Below are positions 39,712 through 55,094 of a stretch of 64,000 nt of DNA, in pieces. Position 1 is the stretch's first letter; every line of letters starts with the position of its first letter. Under the pieces are notes generated by a model. It was not told the origin of the DNA. It was given only the letters and a program-made list of their open reading frames with translations, and did not search any database. This DNA comes from Octopus vulgaris (taxonomy: Eukaryota): the NCBI GenBank assembly GCA_951406725.2, contig OX597826.1, positions 44,082,001 through 44,146,000 of the forward strand, given 5' to 3'. Made by a program: the position numbers and the translations under genes.

Positions 39712-39952
39712 ATTTTATTTATTTCTTTATTGCCCACAGGGGGCTAAACATAGAGAGGACAAACAAGGACAAACAAAGGGATTAAGTTGATTACATCGAC
39801 CCAAGTGCGTAACTGGTACTTAATTTTTCGACCCCGAAATGATGAAAGACTAAGTCGACCTCAGCTGAATTTGAACTCACAACGTAACGGCAGACGAAAT
39901 ACCGCTAAACATTTCGCCCGGCGTGCTAACGTTTCTGTCAGCTCGCCGCCTT
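39712..39952 (-). mobile_element. SINE family A
   Basis: 17-bp TSD CTCTTCTGTAGTATTAC (39695-39711, 39953-39969); closely similar to 32715-32946. An older plus-strand copy lies at ~39510-39690. Confidence 0.95.
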
Positions 39953-40379
39953 CTCTTCTGTAGTATTACTTTTTATTGCGTGATTCCACACTACAACGAA
40001 GCCCACGTCTATGGCCTTTTGAGACACTCAGTTAGTTTTCCGCTTCTTTTATTACAGTGATTTAATTTGTATTGACGGGCCCTTTCTAATATAAATGCAT
40101 GGTCTAATAGTGCTATTTTCGGAAAATCGAAAACAGCAAAGAAAATACTACCAGTGACTGGCTGTGCGAGAGAGAAATAAACAGGTTATTATGATCTTCC
40201 CTTCGTATTTTATGGATACATGTGCTCGTATATGTCCGACTAAGCCCCTTTTCTTTTGACAATGTTGGGCATATTTCTATGTCCTGTCGTTTTGACTGCA
40301 TTTGTATGCTTATTAGTACATCTAGTTTAAAAGGAGCGTTTCTATTTTCAGTTTCTGCATTCTGGTTAACTCTATTATC

Positions 40380-41560
40380 AGGTCTGTATATCGGGATAAT
40401 TTATGTATAGATACATTACAGTCTGTTGAGACTGATAATTCGATTAGTGGAATAATGGAATTTCTTTTATTGTCACTCCATGCCACAACTATTTGCCAAT
40501 AAATTTTTATTTCTGTGTATTAGCATATCCCAAAGTGCGGTCTTTTCATTATTCTATAAGACTTTTTTCCGCTGTATATCAACGTGAAATTGAGTTGGTA
40601 TATCTTCCAGCTAGATGTCTTTCGCTGAGGCTGGGTACCTGAGACAATTGTTTCGTCTGCTGTAATTTTACTCATTCGGATTCATTACATTCTTCTGGTG
40701 ATCTTTAGAGGAGAGGCTTTCATCTTCTGCCAGAGACAAGGATGCAGACGACAAAAAACAATACCCAAGCTAGAGTCTCAGGTTTGAGATCTGCATTTCT
40801 TACACAGTGTTACAAGTTTTTTCTGCATATGTTTCCACACTGGTTAATTTTTTGCAAATGCTGTCTATATAGCCGTTGTAAGGCATGCGGAATGTATTTC
40901 ACAATACCTATATTCTTACGAACTCAGTAATGAGTCCATTCTGAGCTTTGAATATTCGAGAAGTATGAATATTCGAATATCTAAATGTTTACGGCCATAC
41001 GTTTAACAATCTCGGGCGCATTAAAACATTTTAATTGATCTTTATTGGATAATGCTTTAATACCCTGTTCTGCTTCCTGAATTGAGAATTCAACTATAGT
41101 TGTAAAACAATTTTAAAAATTACAATCAGTGTTGTTTCAGTTGAGGTCTTCAAATACACTCTTTATTTTCTTTATTTTCTCTTTAGCCTTCCTACTTCTT
41201 TTAATCCCAACTTTAGAATATCATAACTGAAGTAGTTATCATCTTCGAAGCAATACCTCTATCTCTCTTTCAGGCATTCATCTAGTGCGTCAAAAATATT
41301 TCAACTTTTATTCGTCTTACTCAAGTACATTGATTGCTAAGTATTTTTGGCCTATGCTTTATATAATTCTCATGTCTAAGATTCTCTACCTAGCACGAAA
41401 TTGTATGACCTTAATGAATTCTCCTTTTCAAGTTTTCCTTGTCGTATTTTCTCGCTCTGAATCTTATAACAATTCCCTTATTGAATGGGCTTGTAGTTCG
41501 TGGCAGAGGTTTTAATTGTCTATAATTTGCATGGTACAAGATGAGGTTATCCATTTCCAA
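40380..41560 (-). pseudogene. Highly decayed R4/Dong-like LINE remnant
   Basis: Minus-strand ALWDMLIHRNKNLLAN resembles ILWDMPIHTDREIKANRPD, plus weaker RT-region remnants; interrupted by the 213-bp duplicated segment. Confidence 0.4.
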
Positions 41561-42872
41561 CAATAGTTAACTGTCTTTTGAAAACAACAACCAAGTGCCG
41601 ATGGTCGACTTCACCGAAGCCAGATTTATTAAACACTCTCTCTACGCTTTATCTTAGGTTTGGAGATTGTCATGGATAGATCTGCAAGAAATCTATCTGT
41701 CCAATATTTTAAACTTCCCGTTTTGGACATCCATTCATGTTTGCATCATTCGGCGGAAGAGCTTCCTCTAAACATTTCATGCTGCTGAAACTGCTCCCAG
41801 GCAACTGCCAGTTCGACAGCTGTCGTCAAAAGAAGAGGGAATAAATTGGACCATATGCATATCCATAAAGCACGAAGGATAGATCATAACACGCTGGTTG
41901 TTTGCCTCTTTCACAACCAATCACTGCAATTTGCTTATTATTCTTATTTGGATCACATTTGCCTTATGAGAGTGTGAGGCAATCAGAATTGTCTTTCAGT
42001 TGTAAATATGAGTCACAGTGAAAACTTATTAAATATTTTGATAGCTGTTGGGTATATTTACACACAAGAACTGCATATTGCAAGACAATTTCCTTGGTGT
42101 ATGTTGCGATTGTGCATTGGTTCTGCAAAAGAAGACTAGTTTCATATATTTTCATTAAAGTCTGTATTCGACACATCTATTCATGTAAATGTGTTTAACT
42201 TAAGTCCTTGAAAGACCTGGCGAGAAAATATATATCAAATATATTGCCCACTGCATAGTAATCAGTGAAGTTATAAATATCAACAAGCACGTGATTAATG
42301 TATAGAAGGATTAGCGTAAGGAACATCACCAAACATTGGACTTTACCAGAATTGATATATAATATATGTCAGAGAGAGTCCGATCACAAAACACGACAGT
42401 GGAATGTCATTCCCTGAAACTGAGAAAGCAGGGATCTGTATCTCTAAGGCAGGATGCTTAGCCAAAAGCCTATTCAAGCCGAAACCCGAGTTAAAGGGTT
42501 TGGTGATGCTAAGGACAATAACCTTGTCTTTGCTCTCATTGTTGAGTTATTTGATTATTATTTCGTAAGCACATGTAGGCATCAACATTGTTGTAATGGC
42601 CTTGTCCCCCATAGGTGCTGTAAGGTGCTATTTTACGGCAACGCGACATCATATTTGTAAATGAGTCTATTCTGAGCTTTGAATATTCGAGAAGTATGAA
42701 TATTCGAATATATAAATGTTTACGACCATACGTTTAGCAATCTCGGGCGCATTAAAACATTTTAATTGATCTTTATTGGATAATGCTTTAATATCCTGTT
42801 CTGCTTCCTGAATTGAGAATTCAACTATAGTTGTAAAACAATTTTAAAAATTACAATCACTGCTGTTTCAGT
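40929..42872 (+). repeat. 213-bp direct repeat pair (40929-41141 and 42660-42872)
   Basis: AATGAGTC.ATTCTGAGCTTTGAATATTCG...TGTTTCAGT; 7 mismatches counted by eye. Confidence 0.92.
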
Positions 42873-44140
42873 ATCACGTACACAACGTCATTGTTAGATG
42901 TGATTTCGTTGGTGTTGCTAAAACTTTGGATAGACAGTAGGAAGTATTGCATTGCTTCAGAAATAGTTACTATATTCATATTTCAAGATTTAGCTCATCA
43001 CTGAATATATGAAATGTGTGAGTTCTTTATAAGAAAGATTGACATAAATATGCTATTAGATTTCTCAGTGAAATATAGTCATTACTTCTTAAGATGAAAC
43101 ATGCTAACACCATAAGAACTCCATTGCGACATATACAGAAGTACTTTATTGTAAGAATTTTTTTCCACTATAGACTCGCCATATTTAATTTATATATTGC
43201 AATCGATAAGAAACATACACATGTATTCATAACCATACAGAGGTACATATAAACATACCCTTGCACATGTATGGGCACGTGTATGTTCATATATCTGTAC
43301 ATATGAATTAGAATGGGCGTGTGGTATTACGTTTGACAGATACTTGTGTCTATGGTTCCATAAATTTATAAATTGAATTGATTGATAATCGAAGTTTGTA
43401 AGAAACCGTCTGTAGCTATGATCGTATAACTTGAGACATATGTATGTAAGAGAGAACTTATAAATAACTACGTCTCCAGACTTTCATAGTAATTTCGTTT
43501 CTCTTCTTTTCTTTTTCCACTAAAATTTTATTTTGGGGAAAAAATGGCAGAAATGTTCTTTCCCGTACTTATACACTTAGCCTTTGTTCAATTTCAGAGA
43601 AATTGTTTCTCTTTCTCTTCCTCTCAGCTTCCACGTTATGTTTCGATATTTTGTCTTTTCTTCTCACATAAATACATCTAATTATAATAAATAGTCTAAA
43701 AAGGATATAAGGATATATGTATGTTTGTATGTATAAATGTATGTATACATAGACACACACACACACACACACACATATAAAGAGAGATAGAGATAGAGTT
43801 TTATGTATAGGAAAACAGATATAGATATAGATATATGTACATGTGTGCGTACACAGATATTTGAAAAGTAAATAGACAGACCTCACTGTGTATATACACA
43901 GACACACATTTATATCTTCACATACACATATGTGTGTGTCTATGCATACACATGTATATAAGTATAAGTATAAATATATATATATATATATGTGCGTGTG
44001 TGTGTGTGTGTGCGTGTGTATGTGTATGTGTGTGTGTATATGTATATGTATTTATATATATATATATTTATATATATATATATCAGGAAAGAAAGGGAAA
44101 AAGAAAAAGAGGTTTAGATGGTTTAGAAAGAACGAGAGAG

Positions 44141-44191
<51 letters not shown>

Positions 44192-46347
44192 AGAGAGAGA
44201 GAAAGAGTGAAAGCGAGAGAGTAGGAGAATTGTGTGTGAGACATGGAAAGACAGAACGAAAGAGCGAGAGTAAATAATTTGTTCGACCGAATAGGAAAAT
44301 TAAACAAGTGACTGTATGAGATGATAGATAGCACTTTAGAACCTTTGATAGTTGCAGACAGTTTATCAATTATATTCCATCGCTCTTTTATTTCTACATT
44401 CCCATTACATTCACTTTTTGATAGCAAACAGTTATTTTTGTATATTTTCCACATTTAGTGAAAGTAATTTTAAAAGTTAAACTTCGACTATTATCATATT
44501 CCTCGTTTTGAAATGTTTACGTTGCTTCTCAGACTGTCTACTTATGATGACCATAATCTCATGAAAGATAGCTTTTTTGCTTATGAATATTTATTTTATG
44601 ATTGATATTTCTTTACCAATGATTTCCATTTTTGTTCCATTCTAGTTGTTATTTGATTTTAGGGTTCATTTTATGGAATAATTAGACACGTAGAGAAAAA
44701 TATTTGCAAGAAATATTAGAAATTGAAACATAATAATTATGATTTAACATTTATTGAAACAGCAACCATTTCTTTTTTACTGCAGCATCAGTAAATTGCC
44801 AGTAGTTATTTTATGGGGATTCTATAAAAATGTAGTTTTGATTCAACTAATAAAAGATCGTGTTAGTAGAATAAAAAGTAATGTACTTTCCAATATGTTG
44901 AAATATAAATCATAGCTATATTATTCTTTTACAGTCTGATGTGTATAGCATATCAAGGTAATATATACAGGTTACTTCTTTTGAAGAATATTGCTCCATA
45001 AAAGATAATGTAGAGTTTTTAGCCATTTAATATATGTAAGAAAACTATGCTTCGTCAGTTTGCTATTAGTCAAATTTGAATAATATTTGTATAAAGATCA
45101 AAACGTATGAAGAAAACAAGGTTGTTCTTCAAGGCTATTTAATATTTTCCACTGAGTGACGCAAAATGAACTTTTTTCATATAGAATTATGACCACAAAC
45201 TACTTTTTAAACGGTTGAAGACTTTATGTTAGCGTCATTAAAGACGACACATCAACATTTCACAGCTAGTTTGCTATTATGTAATTTCGGTTATATTCTA
45301 TTCACTGTAAAAGCACAATGTTTAGGTAACCTTTACTGACTAAATATCTCTTTATTTTATTGATTACATTTCTTTTTATTAGGAACATTTTTTTACTTGT
45401 ATTCTTCATATGGTCTCTTAGTTTTGTTGATGAGATGTTATTGAACATTAATCGCCTTGGTTTACTGTTTTTCAGAATATAATGTTCACCGAGAGATGTA
45501 ATTTTCATTTTTGGAAGACTGATTACATTGTATGGACCGGAAAGATTTAGCGATGTGTGAGAATCAGTTAAAGTATTTGGTTTGGTATTTCGAAATGTTC
45601 CATGGAGAATGTATTGTGATATTTTTGAATGAAAGTTAATATGCTCTGAACGAGATCTATTATTCCATTAACAGCTTGAAATGATACATTGTAAAAAAAG
45701 TGAATAATCGACATCTAAACATATTGTTTATCGAACATTTAAGACAAAAGATTAATAACTGAGTGATGTTTTATAATAAGGGTGAAGGTTAATATGTATT
45801 ATCTTGTATTTTTATCTGCTATAAACTGAATGGAAATAGCCATCCAATATTAAAGATGAACATATATGTGTGTTTAGAATGTCTGACCGGAGCAGATTTC
45901 AAAGTAATCAACTTTGTGTTTATAAGATCAAGAAAAATATCTAAGGTATATGACACGTATGGGTTAATGAAAGAAAGAATTGGAACTATATTTTTAAAGA
46001 TATATATCTGATTTGATTTTTCTTGGAGAAAAAAAATAACAACAGATAAACACTTCAAAACTTTAGCATTGACGATAGTAACGATACGAAAATATCAAAA
46101 TGCTTCAACGAAAGAATTATTTGTTATTATATCCAAATAAAGCCGATGAATTGAATTAAAACTAGCATTTTGATGTGATTTTCATTTTTATTGTTGTTGT
46201 TCCTGAAAATATTTTATTTGATAACTCTGAATGTAAAACGCTAAAAATCCAAAAATTTATTTAAAAAAAATTCACCAATGAAGAAGAGTTTGATCAGATT
46301 AGTAAGTGATAGTAAAACAGTTGAAGACAGATATGAATAAAGATAAT

Positions 46348-46455
<108 letters not shown>

Positions 46456-48935
46456 GTATGTACGTGTGTGTGTGTGTGTATTCATTATTTGATTTACAAG
46501 TTTCATAAGATTTAATATCTTTATTGTAAGATCTCATTCCTTTAGCAATTTTTAAACTTACATTTCCATCTTTGAGGTATTGGTATTTTTGTTTTATCAA
46601 TCTAAATACATTATTTTATTTAGAAGACTTTAACGTGCCAATCTTAGACGACTTTAGTTCATTATAGATTTTATAAAAAAAAATTCAGTGAAAATATGTA
46701 TTTATTTTTATAATAGAGAAAGCAAATAACACTTTTAACATCGCATCAATTTGCATCTAGCATCAATTTGTTCTCTCGCAACCCTTTTTTCTCACATTTT
46801 ATCTACTCTACTTCTCGTGGTAGCAGAGTAGATATAATGAGAGTCCTGTCGTCTTAGGTGATACATGCCATGTAAGTTTTTTATTAATATGTTGAAACCA
46901 TATCCATTCAGTTAGTACGATAATTAAACTGAAATTCATACACTTTCTTAAATATTTACTGTTGGAAGTATTTTAGAGCAGGACACGATTAAATATAACT
47001 CCGCGGTTAAACCCTGCAGTGCATATGTTATTTGTAATGATGGACATAGCACGATCTAAGAGTATGACAGTACTCTTGGATTATAGAGATGTCCAATATC
47101 GAAGGATAAAAGTAAGACTATGAAAACACTTTTTCGGATATATTACACAGAGGCCAGTCTAAAAATTGTATTTATGTAGCTAATAAAAAAAATAAAAACA
47201 ATATTCATAGAGTGCAGCTTGTTGAGAACTTAAATAACTGATTCTATTTCAAGACACTTTGTGGTATTCACAGTAAACAAAACACCTTTTCAACTAGAAT
47301 GAATTCTTTAAATATTTCCTGAGTACAATCAAAATAAGAGATTGTTTTCCCTTAAGTAGCGTTCATATAGTAAACCTAAAGCTCCCACTATGAGCTAACT
47401 AGTAATACTTTGTTGCCTGTTTCCTATGCAAAATCATGATAGGTTTAACTATCATTAAAGGAAAGTAAATAGAGGTATTCCCTTGAGCTGATATCAAGTT
47501 GAATAACACAGTACGTCCGTGACGTTGATCTGATAATAGAATCAAGTATTTCCATCAAGACATCATTTCACAAGAAATATAAAGATAACACTATTAACCA
47601 CTTCGTAATTTTCTACTGGTCTGTAAGCGTTAACTTCAGATATTTATTATTGCTTCGAATTTGAATTTTGAATTATTCATTCTTATTTACTTAAATTTGA
47701 TGACACAACGGGGAAATAGCGTACCTCTAGGTCTGTCATTCAATATTTTGAATGGCTTAAGTGGAATTGACAATATATTTCTGCCAGACAGAATTTATTG
47801 CATGCACAGAAAACAAAAATTCGTTCCAACGAAAATTTCATTTAATGATGAAAGTCTCGTCAATTATTCGAAATGTATTCTGCCATATGTGTTTATCGTT
47901 CAAATAATCTCTGATTATTTTAGACCATTTTTATTAGTTTTACAGTGTGTTGGATATATCTGTTGGTGTGTGTCGGTTTTAGTTGTCTACTTCATATGTA
48001 ACACATCTGGAATATACAATCCTTTAGCATACAGAGAACCGAGGTGTCAAATATTATCAAGTTTACCATATTTGACACGCTTCGAGAATAACGAAAACAA
48101 AGATAAAGAGAATATTACCAATTCATATGTATTACTGTTTCTGTTTTTTTTTTCTTCTTATTTGCTGCTTCCGGTAATTTGGAACGTTTTCGATGCATAA
48201 CTGTCAAAGATATTCAGCAAAAGATGAGAACAATAAATCATCAACATATGTTGCTTAGATGTTGATGAGCATAGGAAAGCAAGGAATATGGATAATAATT
48301 TCACTGTAGTTCCTGTTGCAGTTTTCAATGTGATGAGTCAGTAAGTGATTACGTAATGTAAGTAGATGTATTTATACACAGACATACATATAAACACACA
48401 TACATACGCATTAATGTATACATATATAAGATTACGTAAGTAGGCATGTGCATTGATGCATTTATTTCTATATTTTAGTTTTCTGTCTCTAAAAATAACT
48501 ATCGCCTCAAAACATATAGCGTTATCTTTCATAAAGTTAAGTAAGTTATCTGCCGTCTACTTAGAGCCGAAGATGCTAATACATAATTTACATTTGTTTT
48601 GATAAAGCCATTTCTCTCATTTTACATTTATGGTATATACGTGTGATAACTCGGTAAAGCAACTTCATTTTACACATGTCTCTTAGATTTCAGAAAGAGT
48701 GAATAGGATACTAATTCTCCATCTAATTATAAAATGCTGTTTGTCTCAACACTGCAAGAACTGGTGAGTTATATGGGGAGGAAAGTACATGACATAAGAA
48801 CGAATACTATTAAGCGTTTGGTATTAGTAGAAATGTAGGGTGACCGCTCATATCATAATATTCTGGTTGCGCCCAAATATATATATATAACCATAATTCT
48901 TATAACTGACCAGCATCAATCAGATATAATTTCTA

Positions 48936-49375
48936 GGTGCAGGCATAGGTTTGTGATTAAGAAGATGGCTTTGCATCCATGTGGTTTCTGGATCAGTTCC
49001 ACAGCACGGCAACATGAGCAGGCGTTTTCTATTATAGTCCGGGCCCACCAATGTATTGCGAGTGAATTCGATAGATGGAAACTGTGTGGAAGACCATATA
49101 TATATGTACATACACACATATATGCACACGCGCGCACACACACGCACACACACACAAGTATATATATATATGTGTGTGTGTGTGTGTATGTGTGTGCGTG
49201 TGTGTGTGTGCGTGTGTGCGGGTGGGGCTGTCTGTCCAACACTAGGCAAATTAACATCAAAAGAAATCGGTAGAACTTCTAGATTTTAAAACGGTTCTTG
49301 TGTCGATTTTATCAACTACATTCCTTAAAACAGTGATCCAGCGTGGTACCAGTCCAGTGACTGAAACACAAAGAT
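48936..49375 (+). mobile_element. Old SINE family C copy
   Basis: GGTGCAGGCATAGGTTTGTG..GATGGAAACTGTGTGGAAGACC (microsatellite) ..CCAGCGTGGTACCAGTCCAGTGACTGAAACA. Confidence 0.75.
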
Positions 49376-49419
49376 ATATGCTGAAAGATTAAGGTATTTC
49401 ACTTAAAGCTGTTCTGCAG

Positions 49420-50070
49420 GGCAAATGTCCCAGATTTATTGGAAGATACTGCAAATTTTCATGGATAAGATTGTTGTACCTATTAAGGCATCTTAGTAGC
49501 ATCCTGAACAAGACCAATGTAATGTTCCAGCCTACCCAGGAAAAATACCTTAAACATGTATTTTATCTAAAGTAACATAACTGAAAATTGTAGAAAATTG
49601 TTTTCTACTCAGATATGTGACTCTACTGTTGATACATCTAGGATACTAAAATACCGATAAGCTTCATAAATCAACGGATTAATTCACAATAATTGTGTCT
49701 CATGTTTTGTTTTCAATATGGCACCACACGGTTCATACAAGGTACTGTGAATCGTACCTGTGTATTGACTTGCTTTATTTGCTTGTATATGACACATGGA
49801 TCAAGCGAAAATATCATGTAAAAATTCTTGAGAATTTTAATCGGAAATGTTTCTGAAATATTCTACATGTAATTTGGTTCTTAATGATACCATACACAGA
49901 TATTTTGAGGTGAGCTGAAACCTTAAGCTTTGAGATAATTGCATAGAACAACGTTCACATGGAATCAGAAATTAAGCACAGAAAACTGACCAGAGATAAT
50001 CGGAGTACATGAGGTATGATGAGTTTGTACGCGGTTGTTGCCCGAGGGATTAATAAAGTTTGTGGCTTAA
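49420..50070 (-). pseudogene. Possible Helitron PIF1-helicase relic
   Basis: Minus-strand fragments in the expected order: TLLIPRATTAYKLIIP (cf. TLLPGGRTAHS.FK.P), NNFLQFSV (cf. GDFRQ..PV), QQSYP*KFAVSSNKSG (cf. RQFP..LAFA.TINKSQG). Very degenerate. Confidence 0.35.
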
Positions 50071-50628
50071 GGATTATTTAAATCTTCCATAAAATCATTT
50101 GTAGCGACATCAAGCGAGTAGCAAATGTATTTAATTGGTTCTACTACAGAAAAAGTACAATTAATTTTGGATAATTGTACCTTAGCAATATTAAGTATAA
50201 GGGAGCTGCAGAAGAACCGAACAATTTGTGAAACTGATTGATAAATTTTGCTCAAAATATTTGCGATGAACTTGTCCTTTCAATGCTGGGCTCATATGTC
50301 GGAAAGTTACTAGTTTAAGTCAAAAGGTGACTACCATATGATTATAAAAAACTGTTGTAGAATGTACAGCTCATAGCAAATATGTTGGTGATTTAGAAAG
50401 ACGCATTGCTATATGTTTCAATATACTTCTGCATACTAATGGGAATATTTGCTGTTTGGTTTAGTAAGTATATTAAAATAGACTTGAAAGCTTAGCGTGC
50501 TTAAACGCAGCCACTGTTGAAGGCAAGATTCGAATAATTGCCAATGATAATTATACGTGTGTGTGTGTGAGAGAGAGACATAGTGCGTGTGTATACGTAT
50601 ATATATATATACATACATACATACATAT

Positions 50629-50662
<34 letters not shown>

Positions 50663-51261
50663 GTATACATATATACACACATAGGCACACACACACACAC
50701 ATATATATATAAGAAACAAATGTAATGTTATTTGCATTTGTATTAATGTAACATTTCTCCGTTTTTTTTTTCGTTCTTGTTTTCGTATACATTCGTTGCT
50801 TTCTTCCAAGGACTCTAATGCTCTTAGCTTATTTTTTTCTTTGGGCTGACCAGATTGAAGCAATCTCGCGTATAACCAGCCGAAATTGCAAAGATAATCT
50901 GGAATTCGACCGAGGAAGGAAAACTCCGTGTTTCCTTGTATCGTCTGTCTAGATGTTTTGTTGTCCATTTTTTGTCTGGAGATTTTGCGTTCTTGTTCCA
51001 TTTTTGTATTTTTTACATACACACACACACACACACATATATATATACATACATATATGTGCGTGCGTTTGTGTGTGTGTGTGTGTATGAAAACATGAGA
51101 TTGGCAAGTGTTTTGGTGTAATTTCTCACTATTATACGCGTTCAATTTGTAAATATGAGTCACAAATTTGTACATGTAGATAGCATGAGATATCTGCTAT
51201 TAGAAATTCTTCAGACAGAAAATCAAATCCTCTATTATTACATATTATATATATATATATA

Positions 51262-52693
<1,432 letters not shown>

Positions 52694-54044
52694 TATATAT
52701 GCGTATTCATAGAACATGATTACCGCTTTAGTGAGATAAATGCAGCCACCTTTTGGCTATATATTTACTTGGTGACCATTGTAACTTCACTGCAACCGGG
52801 AAGGTTGATACCATTAAGGTTCAGTTGAAATTTCTGGATCACACTTGTAACCTCCATTGTTAACTTCTTCGATAGAGAAATGATATATGTGACATTCATT
52901 CACTCCTTTATAAAATGTTACCAAGAGACTTCTGAAGTCGTTTGTATACCTCGAAATCAGAATGGCTCAACACATTCGGTCCTCTAGGACCTAAACGACT
53001 TTGCTACAGCGATGTTTTTCACGATGATACATGCGTGTAAATACTTACCTATCCATATCATAATTAGACCTGACAACATAAATCTATATTTTCAGATGTA
53101 TACAATATCGTATTTTTATGAAATTAAAATCTATTTTCGTTCGAAAATTGTGCAAATTTACAGTTGGACGTTCCAAATTGTTTAATTCTGATAATAAGTA
53201 TCATAATGGATTTTCGCAAAAATAAAATCGGTAAACCTATTAATAATTTACAATATCATTTTCTGCAATATAGAAACATAGTGGAATGAAGAACGACGTA
53301 AAAGATTTTGGAAATCTAATTTGCAGCTTTGCCCTGGAGCAAAATTCATTGTAGCTGTGTAATTAACTAGATACATACAAGCTCACTTACATTGCTTTAA
53401 TAATGAATATCCTTGCGGACTTGAATAATTATCTATACCAGCTAGGATTCAGTTATATATGCGCATGCATTATATTATGTTGGTATACTTGTCAAGAAAG
53501 TATTTGGCATTTGAATGTATGCGGCATTATCAAAAGTTACTACGAGAAATAATATTTTGTTAAATGTAAATATATAAGAATGTGAATTATAGGTAACTGA
53601 TTACTTGGTAGGTTCGAAATACGTATTTTCTGTTAAAATTGTCAAGGACATTGAGCTGTATTGGTAGATACCACAGCCTATCTTCGTTTTAAATGAGTAA
53701 CCACAATGACCTTAAGACTATAATCTGAGCAATAATATGCAAGCTTAAGGTATGCTTTCAAAACTATACAGAACTGAATTCTATACGTAATCAAGAGAGA
53801 ACTACAATCTTGCATCCAATATTCTTATCAATGCATTTGAACAAATAAATGACAAATGATAGAGGATTGTTTATGGATTAAGAATTGATATAAAACAGGA
53901 ATAATGACAATTATTTATATGACAAACTTAAATATGAAAACTATCATGTATGAATGCGTGGGTTTAATATGTCTAACTTGTGGCTGGTTGCGGCATTAGA
54001 CACGCATATATGTGTTTGTATTTTAATGTACGTACGTATGTATG

Positions 54045-54078
<34 letters not shown>

Positions 54079-54096
54079 TGTATGTATGTATGTATG

Positions 54097-54770
54097 TGGT
54101 TCGAAAAGAAAAATTACGTCGGTTTCAGCGAAGGCAGTTTTAAAAGCTGTTGTGAAAGCCACCAGTTTTCTATCCGACACATTTACAAAAATAAACTCAT
54201 TAAGTTGCCTCGCCACATATTGGATCTGAAAGCCAACAGCACATCACATAAAATAAAGTGGAAAATCGTCGAGAAATCTACGCCACACATAAATCGATCA
54301 AAGAGATACAAGTTATGTGTAGCTGAAAGATAACACATTCTCTTTAGATCCAAGAAATCCTCAACACTACTTAATTGCTGATGGACAATTTTCTTTTGCC
54401 GAACTGGAGGTCACCACCCTCACCGGACTAAGTAGCTATCGCAGGGACTTTGACCTCCTCTCCGTTATATTATTCAACATCAGATAGATTTCATTATGAT
54501 TTCTACAGACTAAAGGAACACAAATCTTGGTTTTCTTGCATTTCTTTTCTTTCTTCTCGTTCCCCTTTAAGCATCAAGCTTTTCGTTTCTCTTCTCGTCT
54601 ATATTTCCCATGTATTCTCATATACCAACGTCCTTGTTTTCAAATAGTAATAACCGTATACACTCAACCTGAAGGACTGCTTGGAGACATTTATCCTGTT
54701 TTATACGTCTGCCAGGTTTTTCTATCTCTACGGTATGAAATTATTAGTAGATTTCTAAAAATTCTTTCTA
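54097..54770 (+). mobile_element. Penelope-like element 3' part: GIY-YIG endonuclease remnant plus pLTR-like tail
   Basis: NYVGFSEGSFKSCCESHQFSIRH..KLPRHILDLK..KIKWKIVEKSTP..SKRYKLCVAER*HIL resembles PLE GIY-YIG (YIG.TE..FK.R...H..SF..LSK.IW.LK..I.W.I..C.LC..EK..IL). Downstream CCTGAAGGA...GAAA motif at 54668-54755. Confidence 0.75.
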
Positions 54771-54773
54771 TAT

Positions 54774-54808
<35 letters not shown>

Positions 54809-55094
54809 TAATAGTGTAAAAACAATTTATGTATTTATACATGAAAGTGGTAACCTTGACAGGACACCTTGCATGCTAGAACAGGCAGTTAAAGCCCAAG
54901 CCACGAATAAGAGCAATGTCAAAAGAAATGAAAATAAAAATAATATTTTTGTAGTTACTCTCAGACTCGAGTTTCTACAGCAATGAGCAAAATAAATTAA
55001 TTTGCCATCCGTTTTTCTTCAGTGAGGGCGCTAAAATTAATGCATATTTATGCAGCGAATAGTACTGAAAAAGCACGTGCTACATACTTATACA

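Noticed and set aside
40929-42872. LTR retrotransposon interpretation of the 213-bp direct repeats
   Set aside because: No TG..CA termini, TSD, PBS or gag/pol between them; the interior continues an older LINE relic.
47661-48200. 179-aa ORF, among the longest not derived from a TE or microsatellite
   Set aside because: TTG start, AT-rich F/I/L/N-biased composition and no motif; consistent with a chance ORF.
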